Assembly: GCF_000829315.1 (NCBI RefSeq)
Contig: NZ_AP013028.1
Location: 390,001-422,000, forward strand
DNA from: Wolbachia endosymbiont of Cimex lectularius
Lineage (GTDB): Bacteria > Pseudomonadota > Alphaproteobacteria > Rickettsiales > Anaplasmataceae
Direction of reading: 5' to 3'
Length of the DNA: 32,000 nt
The translations under genes and the position numbers were made by a program. Shown here piece after piece: positions 1 through 8,879 of this stretch (positions are counted from its first letter, which is position 1; each line of letters opens with the position of its first letter). A model generated the notes under the pieces. The model was not told the origin of the DNA, made no database searches, and saw only the letters and a list, made by a program, of their open reading frames with translations.

Positions 1-1488
1 GATGGACGCTATATCACACAAGCTCGCAATCAGCTCGATCAGGGTAGTTTTCAAGTATATAATATACAAGAAGAGGATCCATGCGAATGGGTAAAAGCAA
101 ACTTAACATTGACCACCTCACTAGGTTACTATTTGCAATATTTTACCGTAAAAGAGATAAGAAAATATGAAGATATTTATAAATTGGTACCCTATTCAAT
201 TAAAAAAGAAATTAGTCGTAGAGAACAAACGATAGTTTCGCATACATCCGGTAAAAGTAGTAAGAATAAATGTGAAAAAGTCGCTAAAAGCATAGATAAA
301 GAAGCTGAGGCAGTGCTTTTGACTGATCCAAATTCAATTTCATGGTTATTAAATTTAAGAAATGAAAATGCTAAATATACTCCATGTATACTAGGCCGCG
401 CTGTATTATATAAAAGCGGCAATGTTGATTTGTTTGTTCAAGACAAAGAACATTCAACTATAGAAGCAAATTTAGATAACCATATAAACGTTTTTGATGT
501 CAGTGAACTGGAAAGTTCGCTGTGCAAGCTAAATTCAATAATGATAGATCCAAGCACAACTCCAATGAGTATTATGACTGTAATACAAAATAAGCAGGTA
601 GTTGAAAGAGAGGATCCTTGCTTGATTCATAAAGCAGTAAAAAATCAAATTGAAATAACTGGGGCTATAAACGCACACATTCGAGATGGAGTAGCAGTTA
701 CAAATTTTCTATGTTGGCTTGAAAATAATATTGGCAATGAAGTCACTGAACTTAATGCTGAAGAGAAGCTCTTAGAATACAGAAAAGAGCAGGATTTGTT
801 TAAACAACCAAGTTTTCCAACAATTTCTGCATTTAATGAAAATGGAGCAATCATTCATTACCGTGCAAGCAGTAAAACGAATAAAGCAATTCAGAAAGAT
901 GGACTGTACTTAATTGATTCTGGTGGTCAATATCTTGACGGCACAACCGATGTTACAAGAACTGTAGCAATTGGCAATCCAACCAGTGAACAGATAGCCC
1001 ACTATACGATAGTACTCAAAGCTCACATTGCTGTGGCAAATGCCGTCTTTCCTCTTGGCACTACTGGTGGCGAATTGGATATCTTGGCACGTATTCACCT
1101 ATGGAAATTTGGAATAGATTACATGCACGGTACAGGACATGGAGTGGGAAGCTATCTATCAGTACACGAAGGACCACAGGCAATATCAAAAGGAAATAAA
1201 GTGAAACTTATGCCAGGGATGATACTCTCCAACGAACCTGGTTATTACATTCCAGGAGAGTATGGAATAAGAATTGAAAACCTGATGTATGTTGAAAGGC
1301 AAGAAAACGGCTTCTTAAACTTTAAACAATTGACCTCTATTCCATATGATAGAAGGCTAATAGATGTGCAAATGCTTGCCCAAGATGAAATTAAGTGGAT
1401 AAATAGCTACCATCAATTTGTCTATGAAAACTTAGAAAATAGTGTCAAAGATAAGAAGTGGTTAAAGGGAGTATGCAGTTCCTTATGA
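1..1488 (+). CDS. pepP: Xaa-Pro aminopeptidase (M24B family), 5' end lies off the left edge
   Basis: Frame 1 is open from base 1, with no stop before the listed 109 start, so the gene is 5'-truncated by the window. The C-terminal M24 signature is present: HGTGHGVGSYLSVHEGP, SNEPGYY, GIRIEN. Confidence 0.85.
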   Translation, partial: DGRYITQARNQLDQGSFQVYNIQEEDPCEWVKANLTLTTSLGYYLQYFTVKEIRKYEDIYKLVPYSIKKEISRREQTIVSHTSGKSSKNKCEKVAKSIDKEAEAVLLTDPNSISWLLNLRNENAKYTPCILGRAVLYKSGNVDLFVQDKEHSTIEANLDNHINVFDVSELESSLCKLNSIMIDPSTTPMSIMTVIQNKQVVEREDPCLIHKAVKNQIEITGAINAHIRDGVAVTNFLCWLENNIGNEVTELNAEEKLLEYRKEQDLFKQPSFPTISAFNENGAIIHYRASSKTNKAIQKDGLYLIDSGGQYLDGTTDVTRTVAIGNPTSEQIAHYTIVLKAHIAVANAVFPLGTTGGELDILARIHLWKFGIDYMHGTGHGVGSYLSVHEGPQAISKGNKVKLMPGMILSNEPGYYIPGEYGIRIENLMYVERQENGFLNFKQLTSIPYDRRLIDVQMLAQDEIKWINSYHQFVYENLENSVKDKKWLKGVCSSL

Positions 1489-1610
1489 GCGAAAGAGCAG
1501 CCTTTTCATTGTTTAACAAAGTATTAATGTAGCTGCGATGGGCATTTTGTATTGTTTTTAATTTGAGAACGATGTATAATAGAAAATACGTATTTTAAGT
1601 AGGTGTAATT

Positions 1611-1982
1611 ATGACAGATAAAGCGCAAGGCGATGAATTTATGAAGCAGTATATGGATACTTGCAAAGAGCAAATAGAAAAATTAGCCAAGGATCCTGAA
1701 TTGCTTAATCAGACCTTAAAGCCATTCATGCAAATGTCTCAGCAGCTTATGGCTGGTGGTATGTTAGACGGAGCTATGCCTGACATGATACCTAGTTTAG
1801 GTAATATGGATATTAACAAGATGATTACTCAGATGAAGGAGATGATTGACTACATAAAGGGTAATTATAAGGAGCTCATGAAAAAGGATAACTCGCAGAT
1901 TCAAGAACTTGATGAATCCAGTAGAAAACTGAGAGGTTTGGTCAAGAAATTGATAGAAAAGATCGAAAGTAGCAATAGCTGA
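1611..1982 (+). CDS. hypothetical small Met/Lys/Glu-rich, probably helical protein
   Basis: 123-aa ORF with an AGGTG-type RBS 8 nt upstream of the ATG. I recognise no motif. It is convergent with fabH across a 5-bp gap. Confidence 0.5.
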   Translation: MTDKAQGDEFMKQYMDTCKEQIEKLAKDPELLNQTLKPFMQMSQQLMAGGMLDGAMPDMIPSLGNMDINKMITQMKEMIDYIKGNYKELMKKDNSQIQELDESSRKLRGLVKKLIEKIESSNS

Positions 1983-1987
1983 AGTTG

Positions 1988-2968
1988 TCAGTAGCGTAGC
2001 AACACAGAACCCCAGGTTAAGCCCGCGCCTATTGCAATCAATAATCCCAGACTTCCTGGTCTTATTTTTGATTTTTGTATTGCATAATCAAGTGCTAGCG
2101 GAATTGATGCTGCTGAAGTATTTGCGTGTTGATCAACTGTATTAGCTACTTTTTCCATAGGAAAATCTAATTTCTTTACTACAGCTTCAATGATACGGAT
2201 GTTTGCTTGATGAGGAATCAGCCAATCAATATCAGCAATTTTCAAATTATTGCATCTTAGTGTTTCTTCTATTGAGGCTGTTAACTTATCCACTGCACAT
2301 CTAAACACTTCTCTTCCATTCATGCATATTTTTCCAGAATCACCAGTTGAAGATATTCCTCCGCTAGTACACAATACATCTACATTGCCATCAGAATATA
2401 GGTTAGCTGATATTATACCCCTTGTGGAGTGCTCTGTTGTTTCATTACAATGTACCGCGGATTTTATTACCACCGCGCCTGCACCATCACCAAAGAGTAC
2501 ACAAGTTGACCTGTCTTTCCAATCAACAATCCTAGACATTATTTCAGCACCTATAACCAGTGCATATTTAATTCTATTGTTAGTTTTTATAAGCGAATCA
2601 GCAACTGTAACTGCATATATAAAACCAGAGCATGCTGCTTGCACATCAAAGGCGAATGCGTTTTTACATTTTAACTTACTTTGCACAATAGTTGCACAGC
2701 TAGGAAAAGTTTTATCAGATGTTGTTGTTGCCACTATGATTAAACTAACCTCATCTACCGAGATTTGAGCTTTCTCTATAGCATTTTCTGCTGCACTGAC
2801 AGCTAGATCTGACGTTAATTCTCCTTCGTCTGCTATATGCCTTTGAGTTATTCCTGTGCTCTGTCTAATCCATTCATCACTTGTCTCAACCATTAGTGCA
2901 ACTTCGTCATTACTCAATGTTTTTTTTGGCAGGCAAGATCCAGTGCTTAATATAAAACTTTTATTCAA
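1988..2968 (-). CDS. fabH: 3-oxoacyl-ACP synthase III (KAS III)
   Basis: 326 aa with KAS III motifs (AACSGF active-site Cys context, HQANIRI, GNTSAASIP). The TTG start overlaps the plsX stop. It sits in the classic rpmF-plsX-fabH order. Confidence 0.9.
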   Translation of the reverse strand: MNKSFILSTGSCLPKKTLSNDEVALMVETSDEWIRQSTGITQRHIADEGELTSDLAVSAAENAIEKAQISVDEVSLIIVATTTSDKTFPSCATIVQSKLKCKNAFAFDVQAACSGFIYAVTVADSLIKTNNRIKYALVIGAEIMSRIVDWKDRSTCVLFGDGAGAVVIKSAVHCNETTEHSTRGIISANLYSDGNVDVLCTSGGISSTGDSGKICMNGREVFRCAVDKLTASIEETLRCNNLKIADIDWLIPHQANIRIIEAVVKKLDFPMEKVANTVDQHANTSAASIPLALDYAIQKSKIRPGSLGLLIAIGAGLTWGSVLLRY

Positions 2969-3998
2969 CGTGACTTACCTCACTGATTATCTTCTGGTTT
3001 AAATTTTCACTAATGGCATTTACTGCAAATTTTATAGCATGAGCAAAAGAAATAGCATCAGAATTTCCATGACTTTTAATGACGATACCATTTAGCCCTA
3101 AAAACATAGCACCACTTCTAATTTTAGGATTAAAACGCATTAATGCTTTATTTAGCTTGGGTTTCAACAATATGCCAACAAGTATTTTTGCTGCCCATGA
3201 GTTGAATACCTCCTGCCTTATTAAATTAATGAAAGTACTAGCGGTTGCCTCAGCCGTTTTGAGCATTACATTGCCAACAAAACCATCAGCAACAATCACA
3301 TCTACATTACCCTCTAAAAATTCACTTGCCTCTACATATCCTTTGAAGTTAATACTTGGAGCATTCTTGAGTAACTCAAAGGCTCCTCGTACTGAGTCAT
3401 TGCCTTTAACTTCTTCTGTACCAATATTTAGCAGAGCGACCTCAGGATTGTCAACTTTTAATGCTATTTTTGCAAATATACTCCCCATTAATGCAAATTG
3501 AAATAGTGAGTCAGCATTACAATCAACATTTGCACCTAGGTCAAGCAGTGCAAAGCTTTTTGTCTTAGTTGGACAAACAGATACAATAGCGGGACGATAA
3601 ATGTTTGGCAATGTTCCCAAAACAAACCTGGAAATTGCCATTAACGCTCCGGTGTTACCTGAGGATACTATCCCAGAAGCTTTGCCTTCTTTCACTGCCT
3701 CAATAGCCGCTTTCATACTTGAGTCTTTACGATGCCTCAGCGCAAAAGATGGCTTATCATTTGCAAGAACATTATCAGAGCAATGAGTAAACTCAGAATC
3801 GTTACTTACCTTCTTATATTTCGAAAGCAGAGGAGATACTTCTTTTTGATCCCCATAAATATGAAAAAAAACTTTAATACCTGGGTCAACAAGGTTATCT
3901 AAAAAAAAACTAGCACCTTGAATCAGTGAGAGAGGTGCAAAATCACCTCCCATAGCGTCAAGTGCAATGACTATGTTATTGTTGACTGTGGGTAACAT
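2961..3998 (-). CDS. plsX: phosphate acyltransferase PlsX
   Basis: Contains ALDAMGGDFAP and SSGNTGALMA motifs. I prefer the ATG at 3998 (MLPTVNN...) because the longer ORF to 4061 would overlap the rpmF coding end. Confidence 0.88.
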   Translation of the reverse strand: MLPTVNNNIVIALDAMGGDFAPLSLIQGASFFLDNLVDPGIKVFFHIYGDQKEVSPLLSKYKKVSNDSEFTHCSDNVLANDKPSFALRHRKDSSMKAAIEAVKEGKASGIVSSGNTGALMAISRFVLGTLPNIYRPAIVSVCPTKTKSFALLDLGANVDCNADSLFQFALMGSIFAKIALKVDNPEVALLNIGTEEVKGNDSVRGAFELLKNAPSINFKGYVEASEFLEGNVDVIVADGFVGNVMLKTAEATASTFINLIRQEVFNSWAAKILVGILLKPKLNKALMRFNPKIRSGAMFLGLNGIVIKSHGNSDAISFAHAIKFAVNAISENLNQKIISEVSHVE

Positions 3999-4008
3999 AT
4001 CATGATAG

Positions 4009-4191
4009 TTATTCTGCCTGTTGTTTGATGAAAACCCGTTTTCCTTTGTAACTGCCATCAACTGCTATATTGTGAGGTAACATAAACTCCCCAGTTGTTG
4101 TGCATACCACAATGTTCTTAGGCTGAACAGCATGATGAGAACGATGCATATCACGCCTTGACTTTGACTTTTTTCTTTTTGGAACTGCCAA
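4009..4191 (-). CDS. rpmF: 50S ribosomal protein L32
   Basis: 60 aa starting MAVPKRKKSKSRRDMHRSH, the typical L32 N-terminus. It lies upstream of plsX. Confidence 0.9.
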   Translation of the reverse strand: MAVPKRKKSKSRRDMHRSHHAVQPKNIVVCTTTGEFMLPHNIAVDGSYKGKRVFIKQQAE

Positions 4192-4357
4192 AACTTCCTC
4201 CGTTATCTACCGAAAATTCTACCAATCTACTAGTAACATGTTTTTTACAAGAAGTAAACAGTGATAGTAAAATAAGTAAGGTTTATCTATGCTCCTAAGC
4301 TTTAAACTGGGCATCTCAGTCAAAAGACCTCTTGCATTATGGTTTTAGGAGAAACGT

Positions 4358-4458
4358 ACAGTTGTACGAACGTTGTGATTTGAGCCACCAAGAGGGCGTC
4401 ATGAAAGTAGCCCCTTCTTCTGTCATTCCAGCGCGTGACGCATAGCTGTACGAACATT
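4358..4458. repeat. WPE-like short palindromic repeat cluster
   Basis: The unit CTGTACGAAC(A/G)TT..AGCC.ACCAAGAGGG.GTCATGAA recurs at 23307-23359. The unit CTGTCATTCCAGCGCGTGACGCATAGCTGTACGAACATT recurs at 14950-14988. Partial copies occur at 21054-21079 and, inverted, at 27873-27900. Confidence 0.6.
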
Positions 4459-4487
4459 CTTAAAAAGAGTATAATGAGAGAAAAGTA

Positions 4488-5614
4488 TTGAGGTATGAGA
4501 CGTTTTACTATAAAGAAATAATATCAAAATTGCCAAAGGTAGAGCTGGACAAAATAGGTAAAGCTGTTGGTGTCGATTACAAGGTTAGCAAACTTACAGG
4601 GGAAAATATATTTAATTTGCTATTATATAGCATATTGGAGAAAAATGAGCTGAGTTTGCGCACTATTGAGGAAAATTATCGCCGCATGTTTAACTTAGAT
4701 ACACGTCATTCATCAGCTGCAAGTCGTTTGAAAACAATACCTATTGAGTACTTTGAAAAGATTTTTTTGTTTATTTTACAGAGTTTTTGCAGCTAAAAAG
4801 ATCAAAAGAAATTGATGATCGTAGATTCAACAACACTTCAGCTATCAAGCAAATTATTGCAGCTTGGCATTCCCTGCAAAAACACAAAATATTGCCAAAA
4901 AAACATGATAAAATGCACAATTGCAACAGATGGAAGATTTGCAAAGCTGCTTAATTTATGTACTCAAGCAGAGGGTTTTTCAGATAACAAATTGTTCCGA
5001 GAAGTGTTGCTCAATCACGGTAAAGAGTCGATTTGCATATTTGATCGTGGATTACAAAAACGTGCAACTTTTGAGGAGTTTATAAAGGAAGGCATACATT
5101 TTATTACCCGCGACAACGATAATATTCGCTATAAAATAGTACAAACCCACCAAGAGGTCAAAGGTCTGAGAACGGAAGCACTTGAGCTGATGGAGGATGT
5201 CATAGTCAGATTGGAGCAAAATGGTTCGAGATTTTTGTCATTTGAGATCAGGTTGATTAAAGCAAAAAGTCAGGTAAATGGTGAGGTTCTCACATTTCTA
5301 ACTAATATTTATGGAGTGTCTGCTATAGAGATCTGTGACCTCTATAAAAAACGTTGGTCAATAGAAGTGTTCTTTAAATTTATCAAGCAGGAGCTCAATG
5401 CAAAGCATTTTCTTGGTACAGCAAAAACACCATTATGGTTACACTGTACATGATTCTCATAGCTTCCATTTTACTAACAGAGTACAGAAAACGCAGTGGA
5501 ATGGAGAGCTACAAGTTCGTTAGGCGTGCTTTCATGAACGAGCTTATACCAACCTTCATTATTGGGAAAACAAATAGGACATATTACAAATTTGCTTATA
5601 TCCCCCAATTATAG
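4488..5614 (+). pseudogene. IS4-family (DDE) transposase, decayed
   Basis: ORFs 4488-4796 and 4812-5453 share a frame and are separated by an in-frame TAA (4794-4796). The C-terminal 54 codons (MILIASILLTEYRK...) continue in another frame from 5450 to the stop at 5612-5614. The YKKRWSIEVFFKFIKQ motif is typical of IS4-type DDE transposases. Confidence 0.75.
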
Positions 5615-6101
5615 ACAAGACGGCATCTTTTTAATTTGTCCTATTACCAGTGAAATTTGGTATTAGACTTGAAATCCTGAAACCAGTCATTGAATACTGT
5701 GGTGGAAATCCGGACAAAATCTACGATTATTACCTTGTATCTTGTAAAAAGCATCTAATGTTTTAAGCTTAAGCATTAGAACCTGTTTAAAATCTTGGAA
5801 ATGTGAGGTAAAGTAAGCATAGATTAATAATGAGGTGTCTATGCAGAAAAGTTATCCAAGTAATATAAGTCAAGAGCAGTTTGAAAAAATCAGGCCAATT
5901 TTGGAGAGTAGCAAGCAGAAAACAAAACCAAGAAAACTTGATTTGTATGACGTATTTTGTGGGGTGTTGTACGTCTTAAAAAGTGGTTGTCAGTGGAGGA
6001 TGTTACCAAAGGGTTTTCCAAGATGGGAAAGCGTATATTACTATTTTCGAGTGTGGAGTAAAAAGAATGGAGAAGAGCCAAGCTTGTTGGAATTAGTCTT
6101 A

Positions 6102-6961
6102 GAACCTGTTTAAAATCTTCGTAACAGGAGAGAAATGAAGGAGAGGACTATCATCTGTAAGCTAGTGTTGAGCTTCCGCTCGCAATTTTTCCACAATCGC
6201 CTGCACTTTTCTAACCAGGCAAAAGAGCGTTCAACAACCCATCTTTTTGGCAATACGACGAAAGTGTGTAACTCACTTCGCTTATTACTTCAACAGTCGC
6301 ACCAATGATAGCTTTTATTTGTGTTGCAAAATTTTCTCCTGTGTAGCCAGCATCAACCAGTATGTTTTTAACTTCAGAGAGGTTTGCTTTAGCATTTTCG
6401 ACCATTTTCACAGCACTGCTACGGTCAGTTGCTTCTGCCGTTGTTACATAAATTGCATGTGGCAAACCTTGTGTATCAACTGCAATATGGCGCTTTATCC
6501 CTGAAATCTTTTTACCTGCATCATAGCCTTTTTTTTTCAGCAGTATCTGCGTTTTTAACGCTTTGAGAATCAATTATACAAAAGCTAGTTTTCTCTTTCC
6601 GACCATTGCTGATACGGACCTCTCCAACTAATTTTTTTTAAGACTAATTCCAACAAGCTTGGCTCTTCTCCATTCTTTTTACTCCACACTCGAAAATAGT
6701 AATATACGCTTTCCCATCTTGGAAAACCCTTTGGTAACATCCTCCACTGACAACCACTTTTTAAGACGTACAACACCCCACAAAATACGTCATACAAATC
6801 AAGTTTTCTTGGTTTTGTTTTCTGCTTGCTACTCTCCAAAATTGGCCTGATTTTTTCAAACTGCTCTTGACTTATATTACTTGGATAACTTTTCTGCATA
6901 GACACCTCATTATTAATCTATGCTTACTTTACCTCACATTTCCAAGATTTTAAACAGGTTC
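6102..6961 (-). mobile_element. IS5-family IS copy B, nested in copy A in inverted orientation; TTA duplication at 6099-6101 and 6962-6964
   Basis: It is 860 bp with the same terminal inverted repeats as copy A, flanked by the two halves of copy A. Confidence 0.88.
6110..6905 (-). pseudogene. IS5-family transposase of copy B (orfA intact, orfB with two indels)
   Basis: Relative to copies A, C and D, the second homopolymer run is 9 nt (6529-6537) instead of 8. One base of a T3 run is missing near 6282, changing [11 protein letters not shown] to [11 protein letters not shown]. Confidence 0.75.
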
Positions 6962-7528
6962 TTAAAAAAAATTAGTTGGAGAGGTCCGTATCAGCAATGG
7001 TCGGAAAGAGAAAACTAGCTTTTGTATAATTGATTCTCAAAGCGTTAAAAACGCAGATACTGCTGAAAAAAAAGGCTATGATGCAGGTAAAAAGATTTCA
7101 GGGATAAAGCGCCATATTGCAGTTGATACACAAGGTTTGCCACATGCAATTTATGTAACAACGGCAGAAGCAACTGACCGTAGCAGTGCTGTGAAAATGG
7201 TCGAAAATGCTAAAGCAAACCTCTCTGAAGTTAAAAACATACTGGTTGATGCTGGCTACACAGGAGAAAATTTTGCAACACAAATAAAAGCTATCATTGG
7301 TGCGACTGTTGAAGTAATAAAGCGAAGTGAGTTACACACTTTCGTCGTATTGCCAAAAAGATGGGTTGTTGAACGCTCTTTTGCCTGGTTAGAAAAGTGC
7401 AGGCGATTGTGGAAAAATTGCGAGCGGAAGCTCAACACTAGCTTACAGATGATAGTCCTCTCCTTCATTTCTCTCCTGTTACGAAGATTTTAAACAGGTT
7501 CTTACACAAATTTATTGAATGTAGTTGG

Positions 7529-7605
7529 TTAGTGTATATGTTGATAAGTAAATTGGTTTTATACATATAAGACAGCAGAAATTTACTTATCAACATATAC
7601 ACTAA
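7529..7605. repeat. perfect 26-nt inverted repeat (long hairpin), 25-nt loop
   Basis: TTAGTGTATATGTTGATAAGTAAATT (7529-7554) is the exact reverse complement of 7580-7605. One more G-C pair is possible at 7528/7606. Confidence 0.85.
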
Positions 7606-7780
7606 CTATAATTTGTATGCCGCTACACAGTTGGAAGTATTTTTTGATTTCACAATACAGCTAAGGCAATTTAGATCCAATTTTTATAATTTTCTTGTTG
7701 ACTAACAAGACGGTTGTAAGTTGGAAATGTGATATAAAAGAAGCAAGAAGGAAGATAACCTATAAAAATGTGGTTATCAC

Positions 7781-7926
7781 AGGCTTGAGCGACCGTAAGA
7801 CAAGTAGTATTACACATATGTAGATATCAAGGTACTCAAGCCTATCCTTCGAGACGTTTGAATAGTTGTTTGGGACATACATATGCACCCGTTTACAATC
7901 TTAAATTTTAACTTAAACTCTCGAGG
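7781..7926 (+). ncRNA. candidate IS110 bridge (guide) RNA in the 5' non-coding end
   Basis: Stem AGGCTTGAG (7781-7789) / CTCAAGCCT (7835-7843) encloses a 45-nt loop containing AGATATCAA. A second stem, CCTTCGAGA (7846-7854) / TCTCGAGG (7919-7926), encloses a 64-nt loop with stretches resembling the IS ends. The call is inference only. Confidence 0.35.
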
Positions 7927-7932
7927 TTCTTT

Positions 7933-8879
7933 ATGATTACATCTTATCAAAATTTTATTGGCATTGATATCGGAAAACTTGAATTCGTTACTGCAGTTAA
8001 TGAACAAAAAGGTGTCATCAAGTTTGACAATAATTGTGCTGGTTGGAAGCAATTCTACCAGAAATTTTCAGATATCCTACCTAATTCCATGGTAATCTTG
8101 GAAGCTACAGGAGGTTATGAGCTTGGCTTATTGTATTTTCTTATTGACAGAAATATTGCTGTACACCGTGCTAATACTCGTCAAGTTAAAAACTTCATTC
8201 TATCTCATGGAACTTTGGCAAAGACTGACAATCTGGATGCAAAAGCGCTTGCTCAATATGGTTCTGAGCGTTATAGACATTTGCAGCTATTTACACCTAT
8301 CTAAAAAGAGCAAACCACCTTGTTCGCACTCTGTCAACGTCGTGACGATATCACAAAAATGCTTGTTCAAGAAAAAAATAGGCTAAAAACTCCTGAAAAT
8401 GATTACATCAAGGAAAGTTGTCAACACACTATTGAGTTCCTTAACAATCAGGTAAAAAATCTCGACCAAGCTATACAAAAAATAGTCAATGAAAATCCTG
8501 AATTACAACGATGCCAAAAGATTCTTGAAACAGTTCCTGGAATTGGTAGAAAAACCTCTCAATGTTTATTATGCCTTATACCAGAACTTGGTTCTTTAAA
8601 CAAAAAGCAAGTTGCAAGTCTTGCAGGTGTTGCACCTCATCCCAAGGAAAGTGGCAAAGCTATTGGTTACCGGAAGATTACAGGTGGTAGAAGTAACGTT
8701 CGTTCAAAGCTTTTTACAGCTCTATGGCTGCTAGGAACTCCAAGTCTGAGCTTGCCGCCTTTTATTGCAAGCTTGTTGATAATGGTAAAAGAAAAATGGT
8801 AGCACTTACTGCACTTATGTGTAAAATTATAGTTATTGCCAATTCCAGACTTAAAGAAGCAATTAATTTGAACATTTAA
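7933..8879 (+). pseudogene. IS110-family DEDD/RuvC-like transposase carrying an in-frame stop and a frameshift
   Basis: Motifs present are N-terminal GIDIGK and ILEATGGYE, then VPGIGRKTS and PKESGK. There is an in-frame TAA at 8305-8307 (..LFTPI*KEQTTL..). The conserved C-terminus (MAARNSKSELAAFYCKLVDNGKRKMVALTALMCKIIVIANSRL) is in the -1 frame from about 8721 and stops at 8877-8879. Confidence 0.8.

Larger units (their letters stand above)
5835..7493 (+). pseudogene. IS5-family transposase of copy A, interrupted by copy B
   Basis: orfA (MSMQKSYPSNISQEQFEK...) runs into the inverted end of copy B at 6102. The remainder (..ISWRGPYQQ / IDSQSVK...[11 protein letters not shown]) resumes at 6965. 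Confidence 0.85.
5779..7501 (+). mobile_element. IS5-family IS copy A (860-bp unit), split by nested copy B; TTA direct repeats at 5776-5778 and 7502-7504
   Basis: The ends are GAACCTGTTTAAAATCTT ... AAGATTTTAAACAGGTTC. The left part (5779-6101) plus the right part (6965-7501) sum to 860 bp and are collinear with intact copy C. Confidence 0.88.

Noticed and set aside
2250-2768. 172-aa ORF on the + strand inside fabH. Similar antisense ORFs occur at 3079-3501 and 3601-3786 in plsX, 10566-11569 in pheT, 13204-13449 in gap, 14155-14457 in tatC, 24249-24768 in lepA, 25519-26715 in MCD, and 29058-30079 in the NMO gene.
   Set aside because: These are shadow ORFs opposite well-supported genes. They have low-complexity or odd composition, no RBS and no recognisable motifs.
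3999-4061. Longer plsX start (MMAVTKENGFSSNNRQ...) given by the ORF track.
   Set aside because: It would overlap the last 53 nt of rpmF. The extension is not PlsX-like, and the conserved domain begins right after the ATG at 3998.
7529-7605. The idea that the 26-bp palindrome is a second, decayed IS110 right end, because its arm resembles the IS110 3' hairpin arm.
   Set aside because: The similarity is limited to about 10 nt (T.TGA.TAAGTA). The flanking sequences do not align with the IS110 3' region.
8117-8386. 89-aa alternative-frame ORF inside the IS110 transposase (mirror at 16261-16530). Also the antisense ORFs at 7810-8052 and 8667-8903, and the antisense or alternative ORFs inside every IS5 copy (for example 5890-6081, 6247-6504, 7098-7283, 7256-7468).
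   Set aside because: They overlap the recognisable transposase frames, have no motifs, and are simply repeated because the IS is repeated.
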